A DNA stretch of 64,000 nucleotides from Mobula hypostoma. Taxonomy: Eukaryota. The translations under genes and the position numbers were made by a program. The notes beneath the pieces were generated by a model. That model saw nothing but the letters and a program-made list of their open reading frames with translations. It ran no database searches and was not told the DNA's origin. Below, piece after piece: positions 24,443 to 38,570 of this stretch; positions within the stretch are counted from its first letter, which is position 1; each line of letters starts with the position of its first letter. Location: assembly GCF_963921235.1 (NCBI RefSeq), contig NC_086108.1, forward strand, positions 91,018,001 through 91,082,000, written 5' to 3'.

Positions 24443-24915
24443 ATTGTTGGTTGTCGATCATATCCAATGATGACAGGAAACTCGTGCGGGAGAGTTTTAA
24501 AGTGGTAGTGCCTTTGCACTGGGGCAGCTCCCCTCTCTCGACCTCAGATGTCTGGGTTCAGTGGTGTGAATAGTTGTCACAACTGGGGTCTTCTTTAGTA
24601 GCAGTGGATGACCATGATTTCTTCTGTGGCCCTTCATGCCCTTGGCTCTCCACAAAGCGTTGCAGAACCAGCTCCTTGGCCATTGGATTTTGCTGTTGAT
24701 CTGATCTGTCTATTCCTCTGGAGCTGACTTCACATCCTAGCAAAGGCATGACCCTATCTCACCAGGGTATGAGGCCCTCTGGCTGCCCTCCCTGTCAGAG
24801 GGGCAAACCAGAGTGTGGACCCTGTCGCATGCAAACAGCTATTTAGAGCCTCAAGTGTCCGGTGGGGACCAAATGTCAGTGAGCCACCCCAGAATGGACT
24901 TGACAGCCCTTTCAT
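24443..24915 (-). mobile_element. Probable RTE-derived non-autonomous element
   Basis: GC-richer block resembling RTE UTR-derived short elements. No diagnostic ORF. Confidence 0.35.
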
Positions 24916-24917
24916 CA

Positions 24918-25852
24918 GAGACCATTAGACATAGGAGCAGAATTAGGCCACTCAGTCCATTAAGTCTGCTGCACTGTTCCATCATGGCTAATTTATTATC
25001 CCTTCAACTCCATTCTCCTGCCTTCTCCCCGTAACCTTTGAAGCCATGATGAATCAAGAACCTATCATCCTCCACTTTAAATATGTCTAATGAAATGGCC
25101 TCCACAGCCATCCATGGCAATAAATTCCACAGATACACCCTCTGGCTGAAGAAATTCCTCCTCATCTCTGTTCTCAATGGATGTCCCTCTGTTCTGATGC
25201 TCTGTCCTCTGGTCCTGGACTCACTCAGAATAGGAAAGATCCTCTCCACACCCACTCTATTTAGGCCTTTTAATATCCGATAGTTTTCAATGAGATCCCC
25301 TCTTATTCTACTAAACTCCTGTGAGAAGAGACCTAAAGCCATCAGATGCTCTTCATATGTTAACCCTTTCATTTTCATATCATTCTTGTGAACCACTTCT
25401 GGAACCTCCCCAATACCAGCATATCATTTTTTAGATGAGAGGCTCAAAACTGCTTACAATACTCCAAGTGTGATCTGACCAATGCCTTATAAAACCTCAG
25501 CATCACATCCTGTTATATTCTAATCCTCTCAAAATGAATGCTAAAACTGTATTTGCCTTACTTAACACTGACTCAACCTGCAAGTTAACCTTTAAGGAAT
25601 CCTGCACAAGGTCTCACAAGTCCCTTTGCATCTCTGATTTTTGAATTTTCTCTCCAATTAGAAAATAGTCTATGCTTTTATTTTTTTCTACCAAGGTGCA
25701 TGACCATAAACTTCCGTATACTATATTCCATCTGCCACTTCTTTGCCCATTCTCCAAATCTAAGTCCTTTTGCATACTCTGTGCTTCCTCAACACTACCT
25801 GCCCCTCCACTCATCTTTGTATTGTCTGCAAACTTGGTTGCGAAGCCATCAA
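24918..25852 (-). mobile_element. CR1 3' fragment
   Basis: Minus-strand RIRGDLIE.Y.ILKG..SRTRG..FFSQRV motif and CR1 3' UTR. Confidence 0.9.
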
Positions 25853-25869
25853 AGACTCAAAGAGGTAAA

Positions 25870-26420
25870 ACCCTCCCTGGATACCCCATACACCCCCACT
25901 ACAGATCCAATATAGCACGTAAAAATCCTCTAAGATAAAAAAACACAAAATTAATAAAAAACCAATACATATAAATACAAAAGATAGTTTATATACATTG
26001 ATTATATGTAGTACATTAAACGACACTAGGTACAGGAGTGTCTATACATACGGTGACTCTGACAGGAAGTGATAAAGTAGCAGTGCTGGGGGTGTGGAGC
26101 AGTGGGTTAGTGGGTGAAGGTGGTGATCAGCCTTACTGCTTGGGGAAAGTAACTGTTTTTGAGTCTGCTGGTCCTAGTATGGATTCTAAGTAGCCTCCTG
26201 CCTGACGGGAGTGGGACAAACAGACAATGAGCAGGTTGGGTGGGATCCTTCATGATATGACTGGCCTTTTTTCAAGCATCTTTCTGTACGTATGTCTGTT
26301 ATGGTGGATTAACTGGTGCCGGTGATATGTGGGCAGTTTTGACTACCTGTTGTAAAGCCTTCCTGTCTGCTGCAGTGCACTTTCTGTACAATGCAATGAT
26401 GCAACTTGTTAGATGCTCCA
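25870..26420 (-). mobile_element. Rex1/Babar-type LINE 3' fragment
   Basis: Homologous in reverse to 29180-29900 (KDPTQPAHCLFVPLPSGRRL-like remnant). Confidence 0.7.
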
Positions 26421-26713
26421 AGACCAAGATTTAACATTTTCATTCACAGTAATTACCAGGATAACACAGAATTTACTGTGAAGAAATATGTTATTTATTC
26501 TGATTAGCCTGTGATCTTTCTGCCCCATGTGTACTTTGTTCAGTTTACTTCATCTCACCCATTTTCTCCATTATGGACTAATATAGATTATTATCAAAGT
26601 GTGCATGCAGTACACAGTCCTGAGATTCATCTTGAAGAAAGATGAATCTCAGGTTGTATACCACATTGATACGTTGGTAATTAGTGTACTTTGGATCCCT
26701 CTACCACTCCATG

Positions 26714-27494
26714 TAGAAACATAGAAACATAGAAAACCTACAGCACAATACAGGCCCTTCGACCCACAAAGTTGTGCTGAACATGGCCTTACCTTAGAAC
26801 TACCTAGGCTTACCCATAGCCCTCTATTTTTTTTAAGCTCCATGTATCCATCCAGGAGTCTCTTAAAAGACCCTATCGTTTCCGCCTCCACTGCCGCCAC
26901 AGGCAGCCCATTCCACGCACTCACCACTCTCTGAGTAAAAAACTTACCCCTAACATCTCCTCTGTGCTTACTTCCAAGCACCTTAAAAATATGCCCTCTC
27001 ATGCTAGCCATTTCAGCCCTGGGAAAAACGCTCTGACTATCCACACGATCAATGCCTCTCATTATCTTGTACACCTCTATCAGGTCACCTCTCATCCTCC
27101 ATCACTCCAAGGAGAAAAGGCCAACTTCACTCAACCTATTCTTATAAGGCATGCTCCCCAATCCAGGCAACATCCTTGTAAATCTCCTCTGCACCCTTTC
27201 TATGGTTTCCATGTTCTTCCTGTAGTGAGGCCAGCAGAATTGAGCACAATACTCTAAAAAGTGGGGTCTGACCAGGGTCCTATATAACTGCAACATTACC
27301 TCTCGGCTCTTAAACTCAATCCCATGATTGATGAAGGCTAATGCACCGTATGCCTTCTTAACCACAGAGTCAACCTGCATAGCAGCTTTGAGTGTCCCAT
27401 GAACATGGACCCCAAGATCTCTCTGATCCTCCACACTGCCAAGAGTCTTGCCACTAATACTGTATTCTGTCATCATATTTAACCTACCAAAATG
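26714..27494 (-). mobile_element. CR1 3' fragment
   Basis: EDQRDLGV..LEYCAQF..RFTRMLPG..RGDLIEVYKIMRG motif and (TAGAAACA)n tail; same subfamily as 9765-10219 and 32742-32999. Confidence 0.92.
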
Positions 27495-28009
27495 TGTGGG
27501 GAGAGAGCCTTCTGAATTAGGTTGTGAGACTTCCTTGTCTCATCTCACACACTGAACTCAGCTAGCCAGCCGGAAGCCATTCCCACTCTAAGTAGAAGCA
27601 TCATCCACAGCCCAATGAGAAGCCGCTTCTCCTGCTTTCTGCTACTACCCAGACCATATGCCTGGTAACTTCCTCACCCTCATCAGGTGACACCCTGGCT
27701 CTTGTCTCAGACTTTCCCTGAGGAACGAATGAGTGATTAGACCTTTACAGTGAATTCCACATTTAGCCACCAAGTAAAGGAATTTATCCTGATTCACCTT
27801 TGGATTTGTGGGTGACTATCTTCTATTCGTGAATCCTAATTTTGAATTAACTCCGCATGTGGAATCATCTCTGGGTAGACCCAACCAAACTTTTGATAGC
27901 CCTACAAATTTATTATCTCATACCTCAGCTTTCACTGTGCAGGATAAAAGACACCCATCTGTTCTTTTTTTGAGGAAGCTGTGAACTCTCACTTTATATT
28001 TTTTTCCTT

Positions 28010-28215
28010 TAGAGGTGCAGCATAGCACCAGACCCTCTGGCCCGGCAAGCCCACACCACCCAATTACACCCACAAGACCAATTAACCTACTAACCCGTAT
28101 GTCTTTGAAATGTGGGAGGAAACCGGAGCACCCGGAGAAGTGACACGCATCACTGGGAGAGCCTACAGACTCTTCACAGACAGCAGCAGAAATAACCCGG
28201 GTTGCTGGAGCTGAT
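28010..28215 (-). mobile_element. HE1-like V-SINE
   Basis: tgtgggaggaaaccggagcacccggag domain. Confidence 0.75.
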
Positions 28216-29179
28216 TTGTTTAATCTTATGAGGCTTTGATATCCTTCCTTTTAAATAGTCACGTATTTAGCATCATCTTTGATACATTGCTCTCTCCATT
28301 GGGGAAAGAAACAAATAGGCCTGATCAAAAGGAGCTTACTATCAATTGACACTGCTAACACACTAATTACTCATGTGTAGTGCTGATGTGAAGATACTTA
28401 ACATTCAAAAACTGATTAGTATAACAAAGATTAGCAAAATGTGAGTTTAAAAGTCATGAGCCGCATGGACAACTAGAAACATGCATATTTTACGTCAAGT
28501 TAAGTCAATGTGATCCTCCGGAACAAGTAAGTTAAGCACCAGACTAGAGGCAGAGACAATGTTACGGTTCGAAGCATGCAGGTGTGAGACAAAGTCGAGG
28601 GCAAAGTTGGGTGAGTGAAGCAGAGGAGAGGCAGATTCGAGGCTCGTCATCCTAAATGGAGGGCAAGGTTTGACCGACGAAAGCATCAGACCAAGTTGGA
28701 AAGGTTGGGTGTGGGACGAAACGTAATGGCGGGGTCCACACCCAGAGCACATTGATGTCACAGGGCCTGGGTCTGAGAGCAAGCAATAAAATGTTTGGAC
28801 AATGTATACACCGGGCCAGATGGATTGAAAAGGCAGAGGTGAGGGTTGGGAAGGTTCTGCTCGCTGCTCCACAACCTTTACTCTGCTCTGCTGCGCTGGG
28901 GCCAAGGCGGTTGGTCTATAGAATTCACTCCACTGTGCATGAGGCTGTGAACCTGCTCTGGGTTTCATATCCGAGGACTCACTTTCATTCTAGCTGCTAT
29001 TTGTTTGCTTTTATTTTTTGCATGATTTATTTTTTTTCTCTCTGCACATCAGGTGTATATTGGTCTTCTTGTGTTTTAATGGGTTCTTTTGGGTTTTTTT
29101 GTTTTGCAACTGTCTGTAAGAAGATGAATCTCGAGGTTGTATAATGTATACATATTTTGATAACAAATAAACTTTGAAA

Positions 29180-29905
29180 TTTGAACATCAATAGCAAGCA
29201 GTTTCAAACTCCTGGGAGTGCACACCCTACACAACCTCCAATGGTTCCAAAACACATACTTACACAATCAAGAAAGCTCTGAGGAGGCTGAAGGGAGCTT
29301 GACTATGTACATCAATAATCATGACTTTTTTACAGATGCGCAGTGTGGAGAGCATCCTAATATGCTACACCACTGCATGCTACTGGAACTGCACTGCAGT
29401 GGACAGGAAGGCCCCACAACTGGTAGTCTAAACTGCCCTGTCCGTCACTGGCACCAGCCTACCCTCCATCAAGGACATATACAAAAAGGTGTTAGGAAAA
29501 GGCCAGCAGTATCAGAAAGAATCCCACCCCCCCTCGCCCCTGTTCATGGACTGATTGTCTCACTCCAGTCAAAAGAGAAGGCTACATACCATCCATGCTA
29601 AGATCACCAGACAAAAGCAGTTCCTACCCCAAGCAGTAAAGCTGATTAACATCTCCACCCCCACTACTTTATTATCTCCTGTCAGAGTCACCTTATGTAC
29701 AGACACTCCTCTGCCTAGCATCACTTTATGTGCATACAATCAATGTATATAAGCTATCTTATGTATTTATATTTATTGTATTTTTATTATTGCATCCTTT
29801 ATGTAATTGTATTTTTTTCCTGTTGCATTGGATCCAGAGTAACAGTTATTTCATTCTCCTTTGCACTTGTGTACTGAAAATGACGTTAAACAATCTTGAA
29901 TCTCG
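29180..29905 (+). mobile_element. Rex1/Babar-type LINE 3' fragment
   Basis: FKLLGVH..VESILI..RL.TIHAK..QFLPQAVKLIN remnant and aatcttgaatc tail. Confidence 0.75.
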
Positions 29906-32084
29906 AACGGGCCTCTTGGTCAGTTCCATTTCTCCACTTTTATTTGCTAGACAACAAATAACATTCACTTCTGTATCTATGAAGATACTTCCTGAAACCA
30001 CCCAATGACTATGTCTATCATCCTTGGGTCATAATTATGTCCATGAATACTGTGAATATCTTGAACTAAAATTGACATTTTTTTGTTCTATTTGTGTGTT
30101 CTTGTAAAATACTGTGCATAATTTATGTTCCTTTTATGTTTTTCATGTGAATGTTGCTTATATGATGCTATGTGCCTGTGGCACTACTGCAAATTAAGTT
30201 TCTCATTGCACCTGTGCATACATGCAGATGTACATATGATAATATATTCAACTTTAAATTTAAATCCTCACCTCCTCTGTCCAGCTCTTTGTCTGAGGAA
30301 AATTCTCCCACTTAATATTGAGAAAGCTATTATGTCACGTCTTTTCCCTAGCGACGGATCGGAAGCACTCACTACTTTCCCTCAGATTGAACCACATGAT
30401 CAAATCAAACACTAACTTTGGTGCTTTATTTGATACTGATTTAAGCCTTCAACTCCATTTACTCTCCATTGTAAGAGCTCCTTCTTCCAAGTTAACAGTC
30501 CCCTTCCTATTCCATGCTACCTGCTCCTCTAATAATCACTCATGCTTTTCTGTCAAGCATCAAAATATCTGTCTTGTAACTGGTTCTAATTCCCTGTAAC
30601 CCCATGTTTGTTGATGTGCTCTGGTTTCTGTCCAGTGAGGCCTCAGTTTACAATTTCACAGGGCCCTGTGCAAATCCCTTTATGGCAAGAATGCCATCTC
30701 TAAGACCCACTTTTACTTCACAGTCTCTGTCACTCCAATGGAAGACCTGACCCCTTTCATTGTACACGGTGTTTTATATTTATATTTTTGTGTTTTTTTT
30801 TTTGTTTTTTACATCGTACTGTGTTTTTATTATGCTGCATTGGATCAGGAGTAACAACCATTTTATTCTCCTTCATATTCATGTAGGATGAATGACAATC
30901 TTGAATCTTGAATATTATCATTGCCCATGACTATCAGGGAAGATAATTGTCCAGTATCCTGTCCTAGCAGCTTTTTTAAGCATTCTTAATTTTTTATGCC
31001 ATTATGCTACTCTGAAACACTATGATTTTTTTTACTGTGAAAGTTCCACTAGTTATTAATTTTGCTACCTCCAGATTAAAATACAAGCTTTCTCTCCCAC
31101 TCTGTGTCACCTATTAAAGGAATAAAATTAATCCTTTTTTATCAGCAGAGTATTGCAGCTGAACAATTAGGCACCTGAAATTCCCTCGAAGACAGTAGAA
31201 TTGCTATAGAACTGTACATTTTGTAGTACACTGAAACTGCTTCACGGCCATGGAGTTGTAAAGATTCACCTGACACACAGATTAAGAAACTGTTGCCCTT
31301 TCAGCCAGAAAAACATCTGGCACATCAGGCTGGAGAGAAGGGCTCTCAAAAGCGGCGGGAGCAATCAGTCACCAGAGACTTGGTTGTAGCTAAATCGCAT
31401 ACAGAGCACAGCCGGAAGATTCCCAGCAGACTGCCATTTAAATCCTGCAGGCAGCCAATATACTCACTCCTCTCACTAGGGAATCACACAGAAAGAGCGG
31501 TAAGTTAAGTGTCACACATCTGAAGCAACGCACAGGCACCAAGAGTATGCAGTGAACCAGCTAAAGCAGCCAACATTCACACACTACACAGCACAAGAAT
31601 AAGTGCCTTTCATTTGACTCCTTATTGCCCGCTCCACTTACTTGTCATTTGATTGGACTCAGCATATTATTTGAAGGCTGACTACAGGAGTGTAGGACCA
31701 GGGTTTGGATTTAATAATTTGACTTGTTTCTTCAAGGAACGGTGTAGCGATGTGATTCATGGCATGCAAAATTAAAGTCGAGATAATTTTTCTTCATTGC
31801 TTTACAAGCACCATTGATCATTTTTCATTGATGTTTTCACACCCAACCATTGTTTTACACACTCTGCCTGGCTTTCCGGGCAACACACTACAGTAGGCCG
31901 CAACTGATAATCATTCAAGCAACCTTTAGGGTTGGTTAGGAATTGTTCAGAAGAGACTTGCTTTTGATTAGAATAGACACCAAGGCACCATGTCAAGATG
32001 GCATGGTTATTCTGGTTATACTTCCATGAGAGTCAGAGAGAGCATAAAGAAAGGCTTTCAACCTTCCAAGTTAATGCTGACTAT

Positions 32085-32295
32085 TAGCCATACATTTACA
32101 GTGATTCTACATTTATTTCATTTTTAATCTCCTCCACGATTTTACCATGTACGGTATCTAGACACTAAGGACAATTTACAGAGACCCATTAACCAACCAA
32201 CCTGCTTATCTTTGGGCTGGAGGAGGAAACCCACATGACCCGGGGAGGATGTGTAAACTTCTACAGACGGTACCAGAGTCAAGACTGAACCTGGA
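32085..32295 (-). mobile_element. HE1-like V-SINE (decayed)
   Basis: ggaggaaacccacatgacccgggg..aaacttctacagacgg domain. Confidence 0.6.
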
Positions 32296-32302
32296 TGGAG
32301 TG

Positions 32303-32338
32303 AGTCCTGATGAAGGATCTCAGCCCGAAATGTCAACT
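32303..32338 (+). ncRNA. Minimal type I hammerhead ribozyme motif in a Penelope-like pLTR fragment that extends to ~32402
   Basis: AGTC CTGATGA AGGATCTCAGCCC GAAA TGTC AACT. Core CUGAUGA/GAAA/UC is intact; the stems carry CpG-type changes. Confidence 0.65.
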
Positions 32339-32741
32339 GTTTACTCCTTTCCATAGATGCTGCCTGGGCTTCTGAGTCCCTCCAGTATTTTGTGTCTGTT
32401 GCAGCTGTTCTACTAGACATGCTGGTGTTTTATGGGTTTTCTAATGACATTCATCCTTCCAGATTTATTCCCCTCTTCCCTCCTTCAAAGTTAGTATTGA
32501 TACAAACTGTGCTCGTGACTACACCCATTTGGGACAGCCTTTCTGAAACAGGCTCCTCTCTACTCCTCCACAGCCGTGAGGTGACTGACTAAAGATGCTG
32601 AGAGGGATAAGCTTAGATATGTTTCACATTACTCGATCATGACAACTGGAACAATGAAAGTTATTTTGTCTCATATATAGATGATTAACAATATTTAAGT
32701 ACAATGGTCACATAGGCATCTTCAAGGAGTGATGTCTCAGG

Positions 32742-32999
32742 CGCTTGGAAGTAGGTACAGAGGAGATGTCAGGGGTAAGCTTTTATACAGAGAGTGGTGA
32801 GTGCGTGGAATGGGCTGCCGGCAACGGTGGTAGAGGCGGATACAATAGGTTCTTTTAAGAGACTCCTGGATTGGTACATAGAGCTTAGAAAAATAGAGGG
32901 CTATAGGTAAGCCTAGGTAATTTCTAAGGTAAGAACATGTTCAGCACAGCTTTGTGGGCCAAAGGGCTTGTACTGTGCTGTAGGTTTTCTATGTTTCTA
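32742..32999 (+). mobile_element. CR1 3' fragment
   Basis: TQRVVSAWNGLP motif and tttctatgtttcta tail. Confidence 0.85.
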
Positions 33000-33002
33000 G
33001 AT

Positions 33003-33619
33003 ATGTGGCATCCAACATTAAGGACCCCCATCTCCCAAGTCGTGCGTTGTTCTCATTGCTACCATCAGGTAGGAGATACAGAAGCCTGAAGGCACACACT
33101 CAATGATTCAGGAACAGCTTCTTCCCCTCAGCCATCCAATTTCTGAATGGGCATTGAACCCATGAACACTACCTCACTACTTTTTTATTTCTATTATTGC
33201 ACTACTTACTTACTTTAACTACTTAATATATATACTTACTGAAATTCACTTTCTTTTCTATTATTATGTATTGCATTATACTACTGCCACTAAGACAACA
33301 AATTTCACAACATATACTGGTGCCCTCTTCTCGCTGATATCATCAGGAAGTAGGTACAGGAGCCTGAAGGCACACATGCAGTGATTCAGGAACAGCTTCT
33401 TCCCCTCCGCCATGCGATTTCTAAATGGACATTGAACCCATGAACACTTACTCACTTGTTTATTATTTCTGATTTTGCACTATTTTTAATTTAACTAATA
33501 AACATATATATATATTTACTGTAATTATTTTTCTATATTATCTGGTATTGCACTGAACTGCTGCTGCTGTTAAGAAATTTCATGACATTTGCCAATGGTA
33601 TTAAACCTGATTCTGATTC
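33003..33619 (+). mobile_element. Two tandem Rex1/Babar-type 3' fragments (~33003-33320 and 33321-33619)
   Basis: Each has SGRRYRSLKAHT..FRNSFFPSA and the same 3' UTR. Only the second keeps the ctgattctgattc tail. Confidence 0.85.
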
Positions 33620-34062
33620 AGACCATAATGTCCTTACAATTAAGCCAGCCTACACCGCAACAAGATAGCCCAAAGATCCTAGCTCAAATGTTTCTTCATT
33701 AAACGCTTAAAGGAGATTGCTTTTGTTTTATCTAATCATTTAATCTGCCCGCACCAGAAATTGTTAAGGCTTAGCTAGGTTATAGGGAAGAAGTGACACT
33801 GGCGAGACAGGTTAAATGATTAGTTAAAATAAAAGCAATCTCCCAAAAGAAAAACTAAACCTTAACATTGATTATTGAAAAGATGCCAAGACAAGAGTGC
33901 AGAGTGGCTCAGTTCACATTTAAGGCAACACTGCATCTGACTCTTCTAAAACAATTAAAGAGAGCAGACTTAACACAAGAAAAGTGTAAGGATGAACGGG
34001 TGTTGTAATAGACTGAATGCTCATCTTCTAGCAATCCCGGCAGGTGAGAGATTTATGCAAAA

Positions 34063-34262
34063 CACGGTAGCGTAGTGGTTAGCAACCTGGGATCAATTTC
34101 GCCTCTTTCTACAAGGAGTTTGCACATTCTCTCTGTGACCATGCGAGTTTCTTCTGGGTGCTCCGTTTTCCTCCTGCATTCGAAAGAGGTGCCGGTTAGG
34201 AGGTTAATTGGTCACATGGGTATAATCGGCTAGGTTCTGTTACTGAACTGTATCTTATAATA
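34063..34262 (+). mobile_element. HE1-like V-SINE
   Basis: CACGGTAGCGTAGTGGTTAGCA A-box head plus V domain. Confidence 0.75.
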
Positions 34263-35424
34263 AGGAATTTTTTTAAAACCTTGAGGGATGTTGATGGTAA
34301 ATATGAAAGACTTTCTACAATGGTAAGGTGTTATAAGACTGTTTCTCTCCAGTGTTGACTTAAATGCAGCTCTTTGAAGCCACCTATTGGTTGCCTGTAG
34401 AATCACCAGATTTGACTCAGTCCTGCAAAATGCACAGATTTTAATCTCTTTGGTGCTCCTTGAAGCAGGTCATTCCATCGCCCCATCATTAGTTTCTCAG
34501 CACTGCCTTGTCTGCTCTGTCATTTTAAAGAGATTTTTTGACAGCAGAATAGCAATCGAGTTATTTCAACCAAGATTAAAATCCTGTCATAATGAACATT
34601 TGATTTCAGCTGCTCGCAGGGGCTATGAGAGGTTCTTGACTTGATATCTAGAATAAATGCCTCAACCAGTTTACCCTTCTGCCATGGAATAAAAGGAGAT
34701 AAATTGGAAGGCTGATCTACCCATCAATCCATGTTAATTTTTATTTTCCCTTGATGGTGAGGTTGACTACAGACTGGAGGAAATTTCTGCTTCTGTCTGG
34801 TTAAATGTACAATATTCAGAGCTTAGTTGAAGCAAAATTAGAAATGTAAGGAGCTATTCAAAAAAATATGAATTGTTGACTGGTGAAGGGATGCAGGCTC
34901 TTTCGTGCTGGAGTGTATGTTGTCTCCACACACAAACAAATGAAACTGGCCATAAATATGTTAAAGAGAAAATGATGGGGTTTACATGGTGAATCACGCT
35001 AATCCAGGGCCTGTGCAGATCTCAAGAGAAGAAGCTGCCAGCTCTTATGCCTGTGCCAAACTAATCATAGGGAAACATATCAGATCTTAAAGGAAGTGTT
35101 TACCGTAGCAGTCACAGCTTACATTAATGGGCAAAATGGAGGCAAGGGAAAATGCAGGGCACGGGAAACAGTGCGTGGAGGCCCCCCAGGTGACCACCTG
35201 CATCAACCAGGTCCCATGCCATCTGAGCTGCGGCATGATCAGTCAAGGTGAGTTTGCAGAATGCACCTTGGAGGTACAGTACATACTACAAACTGCAGTG
35301 ATGAGGCTGCAACTCAGTTGAAAATTGTAAAATGATACTGGTCAGGATATCATTGACAAAAATGGACAGCTCAATGGTGATCTCAGCCTATCCTATTATA
35401 ATCATAGAGGAATACAGCCAAAAG

Positions 35425-35708
35425 CCCTTTAAAGATGGGCTTTATTTGTCACATGTACATCGAAACATGTGTTGTTTGCATAAAATCAAATCGACAAGCG
35501 CAGCCTGCAAGTATGGCCATGTTTCTGGTGCTAACATAGCATGTCCACAGCTCATTAACCCTGATTGTACATCTTTTAGAAAATATGGGGAAACCAGAAC
35601 ACCCAGAAGAAACAGTGAGAATGAGCAAACTGCTTATGGATAGTGAGGAGCATCGAACCCCCATCTTATAGCTGGTGCTGTGATAGTGTTACGCTACTGT
35701 GCTGCCGT
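35425..35708 (-). mobile_element. HE1-like V-SINE variant
   Basis: ggggaaaccagaacacccaga..catcgaacccc..ttacgctactgtgctgcc, i.e. a reversed tRNA head. Confidence 0.6.
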
Positions 35709-35871
35709 CTGAGTATATGTCAGCCATCAGGCAACCAATTTTGCACTAATCCCACTCCAACTCATTTCCCCACATCCGACAAGTTCTGCCACTCATCTAC
35801 CCACCGGGGAAGTTCACAGTGAATGAGTAAGCTACCAATCTGCACCTTATCGGGATGCAGGAAAGAAACAG

Positions 35872-38570
35872 AACAATGATAACAATGAGAAGAGGACATG
35901 TCCTGGGTGATGGGGGTCCTTACTAATGGACGCTACCTTCCTGAAGCACCGCTCCTTGAAGATATCTTAGATGCTACGGAGGCTAGTACCCGAGATGGAG
36001 CTGACTAATTTTACAACTTTCTGTAGCTTCTTTTGGTCCTGTGCAGTAGCAACCCCGCCCCTCACCAATACCAGACAGTGATGCAGACTGCCAGAATGCT
36101 CTTCATGGTACATCTATAGAAGATTTTGAGTATTTTAGATGACAAACCAAATCTCGTCAAACTCCGAATGAAATATAGCTGCTCTCTGGCCTTCTAGCCT
36201 TCTTTATAACTGCGTTGATATGTTGGGACCAGGTTAGATCCCCAGAGATCTTGGCACCCAGGAACTTGAAATTTCTCACATGCTCCACTTCTGATCCCTC
36301 TATGAGGATTGGTTTGTGTTCCCTTGCCTTGCCCTTCCTGAAGTCCACAATCATATCTTTTGTCTCATTAACATTGAGTGCCAGGTTGTTGCTGCAGCAC
36401 CACTCAACTAGCTGATATATCCCACTCCTGTACATCCTCCTACCTCCATCTGAGATTCTACCAACAATGGTTGTATCATCAACAAAATTATAGATGGCAT
36501 TTGAGCTACGCCTAGCCACACAGTCATGGGTATAGAGAGAGTAGAGCAGTGGGCTAAGTACACACCCATGAGGTGCTCAAGTGTTGATTGCCAGTGAGGA
36601 GGAGATATTATTACCAATGCGCACAGATTGTGATCCTCCAGTTAGGAAGTTGAGGATTCAATTACAGAGGGAGGTACAGACGCCCGGGTTCTGTAGATCT
36701 ATCTATCAGGACTGTGGGTATGATGGTGTTAAACGCTGAGCTATATGCAACAAACAGCACCCTGACCGAGGTGTTAATATTGTCCGGGTGATCTAAGGCC
36801 GTGCAAAGAGCCATTGAGATTGCATCTGCCGTAGACCTATTGTGCGCGATCGTCAAATTGCAGTGGTCCAGGTGCTACTGAGGCAGGAGTACATTCTAAC
36901 CACGGTCAACCTCTCAAAGCATTTCGTCACCATAGATGTGAGTGCTAGTGGATGATGGTCGTTAAGGCAGCTCACAGTACTCTTCTTAAGCACTGGTATA
37001 ATTGTCACCGTTTTGAAACAGGTGGGAACTTCCGACCTTAGGAGTGAAAGGTTGAAAATATCCTTGAATGCTCCGTCCAGTTGGTTGGCACAAGTTTTCA
37101 GAGCCTTACTAGGTACTCCATGGGGTTCACCCTCCTGAAAGACAGCCTAACATCGGCCTCCGAGACAGAGATCACAGGGTCACTGGGTTCAGCAGGGATC
37201 TGTTATATTCTCCCTTTCAAAGCAGGCATAGAATGCATTGAACTCATCTGCTAGTGAAGCATCGCTGCCATTCATGCTATTGAGTTTTGCTTTGTAGCAA
37301 GTAACGTCCTGCAAACCCTGCCAGAGTTGACATGCATCCGAATATCGCCTTGAACCTTGTTTGGAATTGTTTCTTTGCTTTTGAAATAGCCCTCTGTGAG
37401 TCATACAGTACCTGGTTTTCTTGTACCGATCTGGGTCACCGGACTTGAATGCCACAGATCCAGCCCTCAGCAGTCATCAAACCTTCTCGTTCATCCATGG
37501 CTTTTGGTTTGGGAATTACAGCAAGTTTTCGTAAGCACGCACTCATCCACACAGGTTTTAATCAAGTTGGTAACAACTGCAGCATAGTCATCCAGGTTTG
37601 TAGATGAATCCCTGAATACCGTCCAGTCCACCAATTCAAAGCAGTCCTGTAGGCGCTCCTGTGCTTCCATTGTCCATACCCTCTTGGTCCTCAATGCTGG
37701 TGCTGCAGTCTTCAGTCTCTATCTATACTCAGAGAGTAGAAGTACAGCCAGGTGATCAGACTTTCCGAAGTGCGCCAAGAAATAGCACAGTAGGCATTCT
37801 TGATGGTGATGTAACAGTGGTCCAGTGTGTTGTTTCCTTTGGTACTACAAGTGATTTGTTTATGATAATTATTTAGTGACTTTTTCAAGCTGGCCTAATT
37901 AAAATCCCCCAAAATGATGGTGAAGGCTTCAGAGTGTGTTGTTTTGTGCACATTGATCCTATTGTTCAGATCATCCAGAGCCTGTTTGACATTGGCCTGA
38001 GGTGGAATGTACACCGCTACCAAAATGTTTGCTGAAATCTCCCGCTGCAAGTAAAATGGACAGCACATAATTGCAAGATATCTCAGCTCTGGTGAGCAGA
38101 ATTGAGACAGACACCTCTATCTCTGCTTCTGAGAAACTGGGAAGTTCTATCCTGACGGTATGTAGCACCCCTGTCAGTCTGAATCACTGTGGTATGGAAG
38201 GGGTTAACCTGGATTCCGTGAAACAAAGGACACAGGTGGTCCTAATGTCCCTCTGATCCAGCACCCTAGCTCAGATCTTTGATTTTATTTACTAGAGACT
38301 GCCAAGCAAAATAATCGGTATTGGGAGTCAAAAATCCCATTTTCCTAAACGCGCCTCCATCCCTGATCAGCAGCCACGTTTCCTCTGAGGAGTCCGACGA
38401 GAAGTATGGTCACTTAAACAGCGATAGATTGTTCTAAGATGCATTAAGACATCTTTATTAACTGTACAGACCATGAAAGCAGTTGCAATTCTCAGCTGTA
38501 TCAGGCGGAAACAGGAATATTTAATCCTATCCATCATGTTCGCCTGGAAGGAACCCGTCACCTCAAGCTA
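35872..38570 (-). mobile_element. Near full-length decayed Rex1/Babar LINE (endonuclease plus RT), 3' UTR missing
   Basis: Frame-shifted remnants VLCFTES.LT, LQDCFELVDWTVF, AFKSGDPDRYKK, HNRSTADAISMAL..LFVAYSSAFNTIIP, NFVDDTTIVG and FKFLG. Confidence 0.9.
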
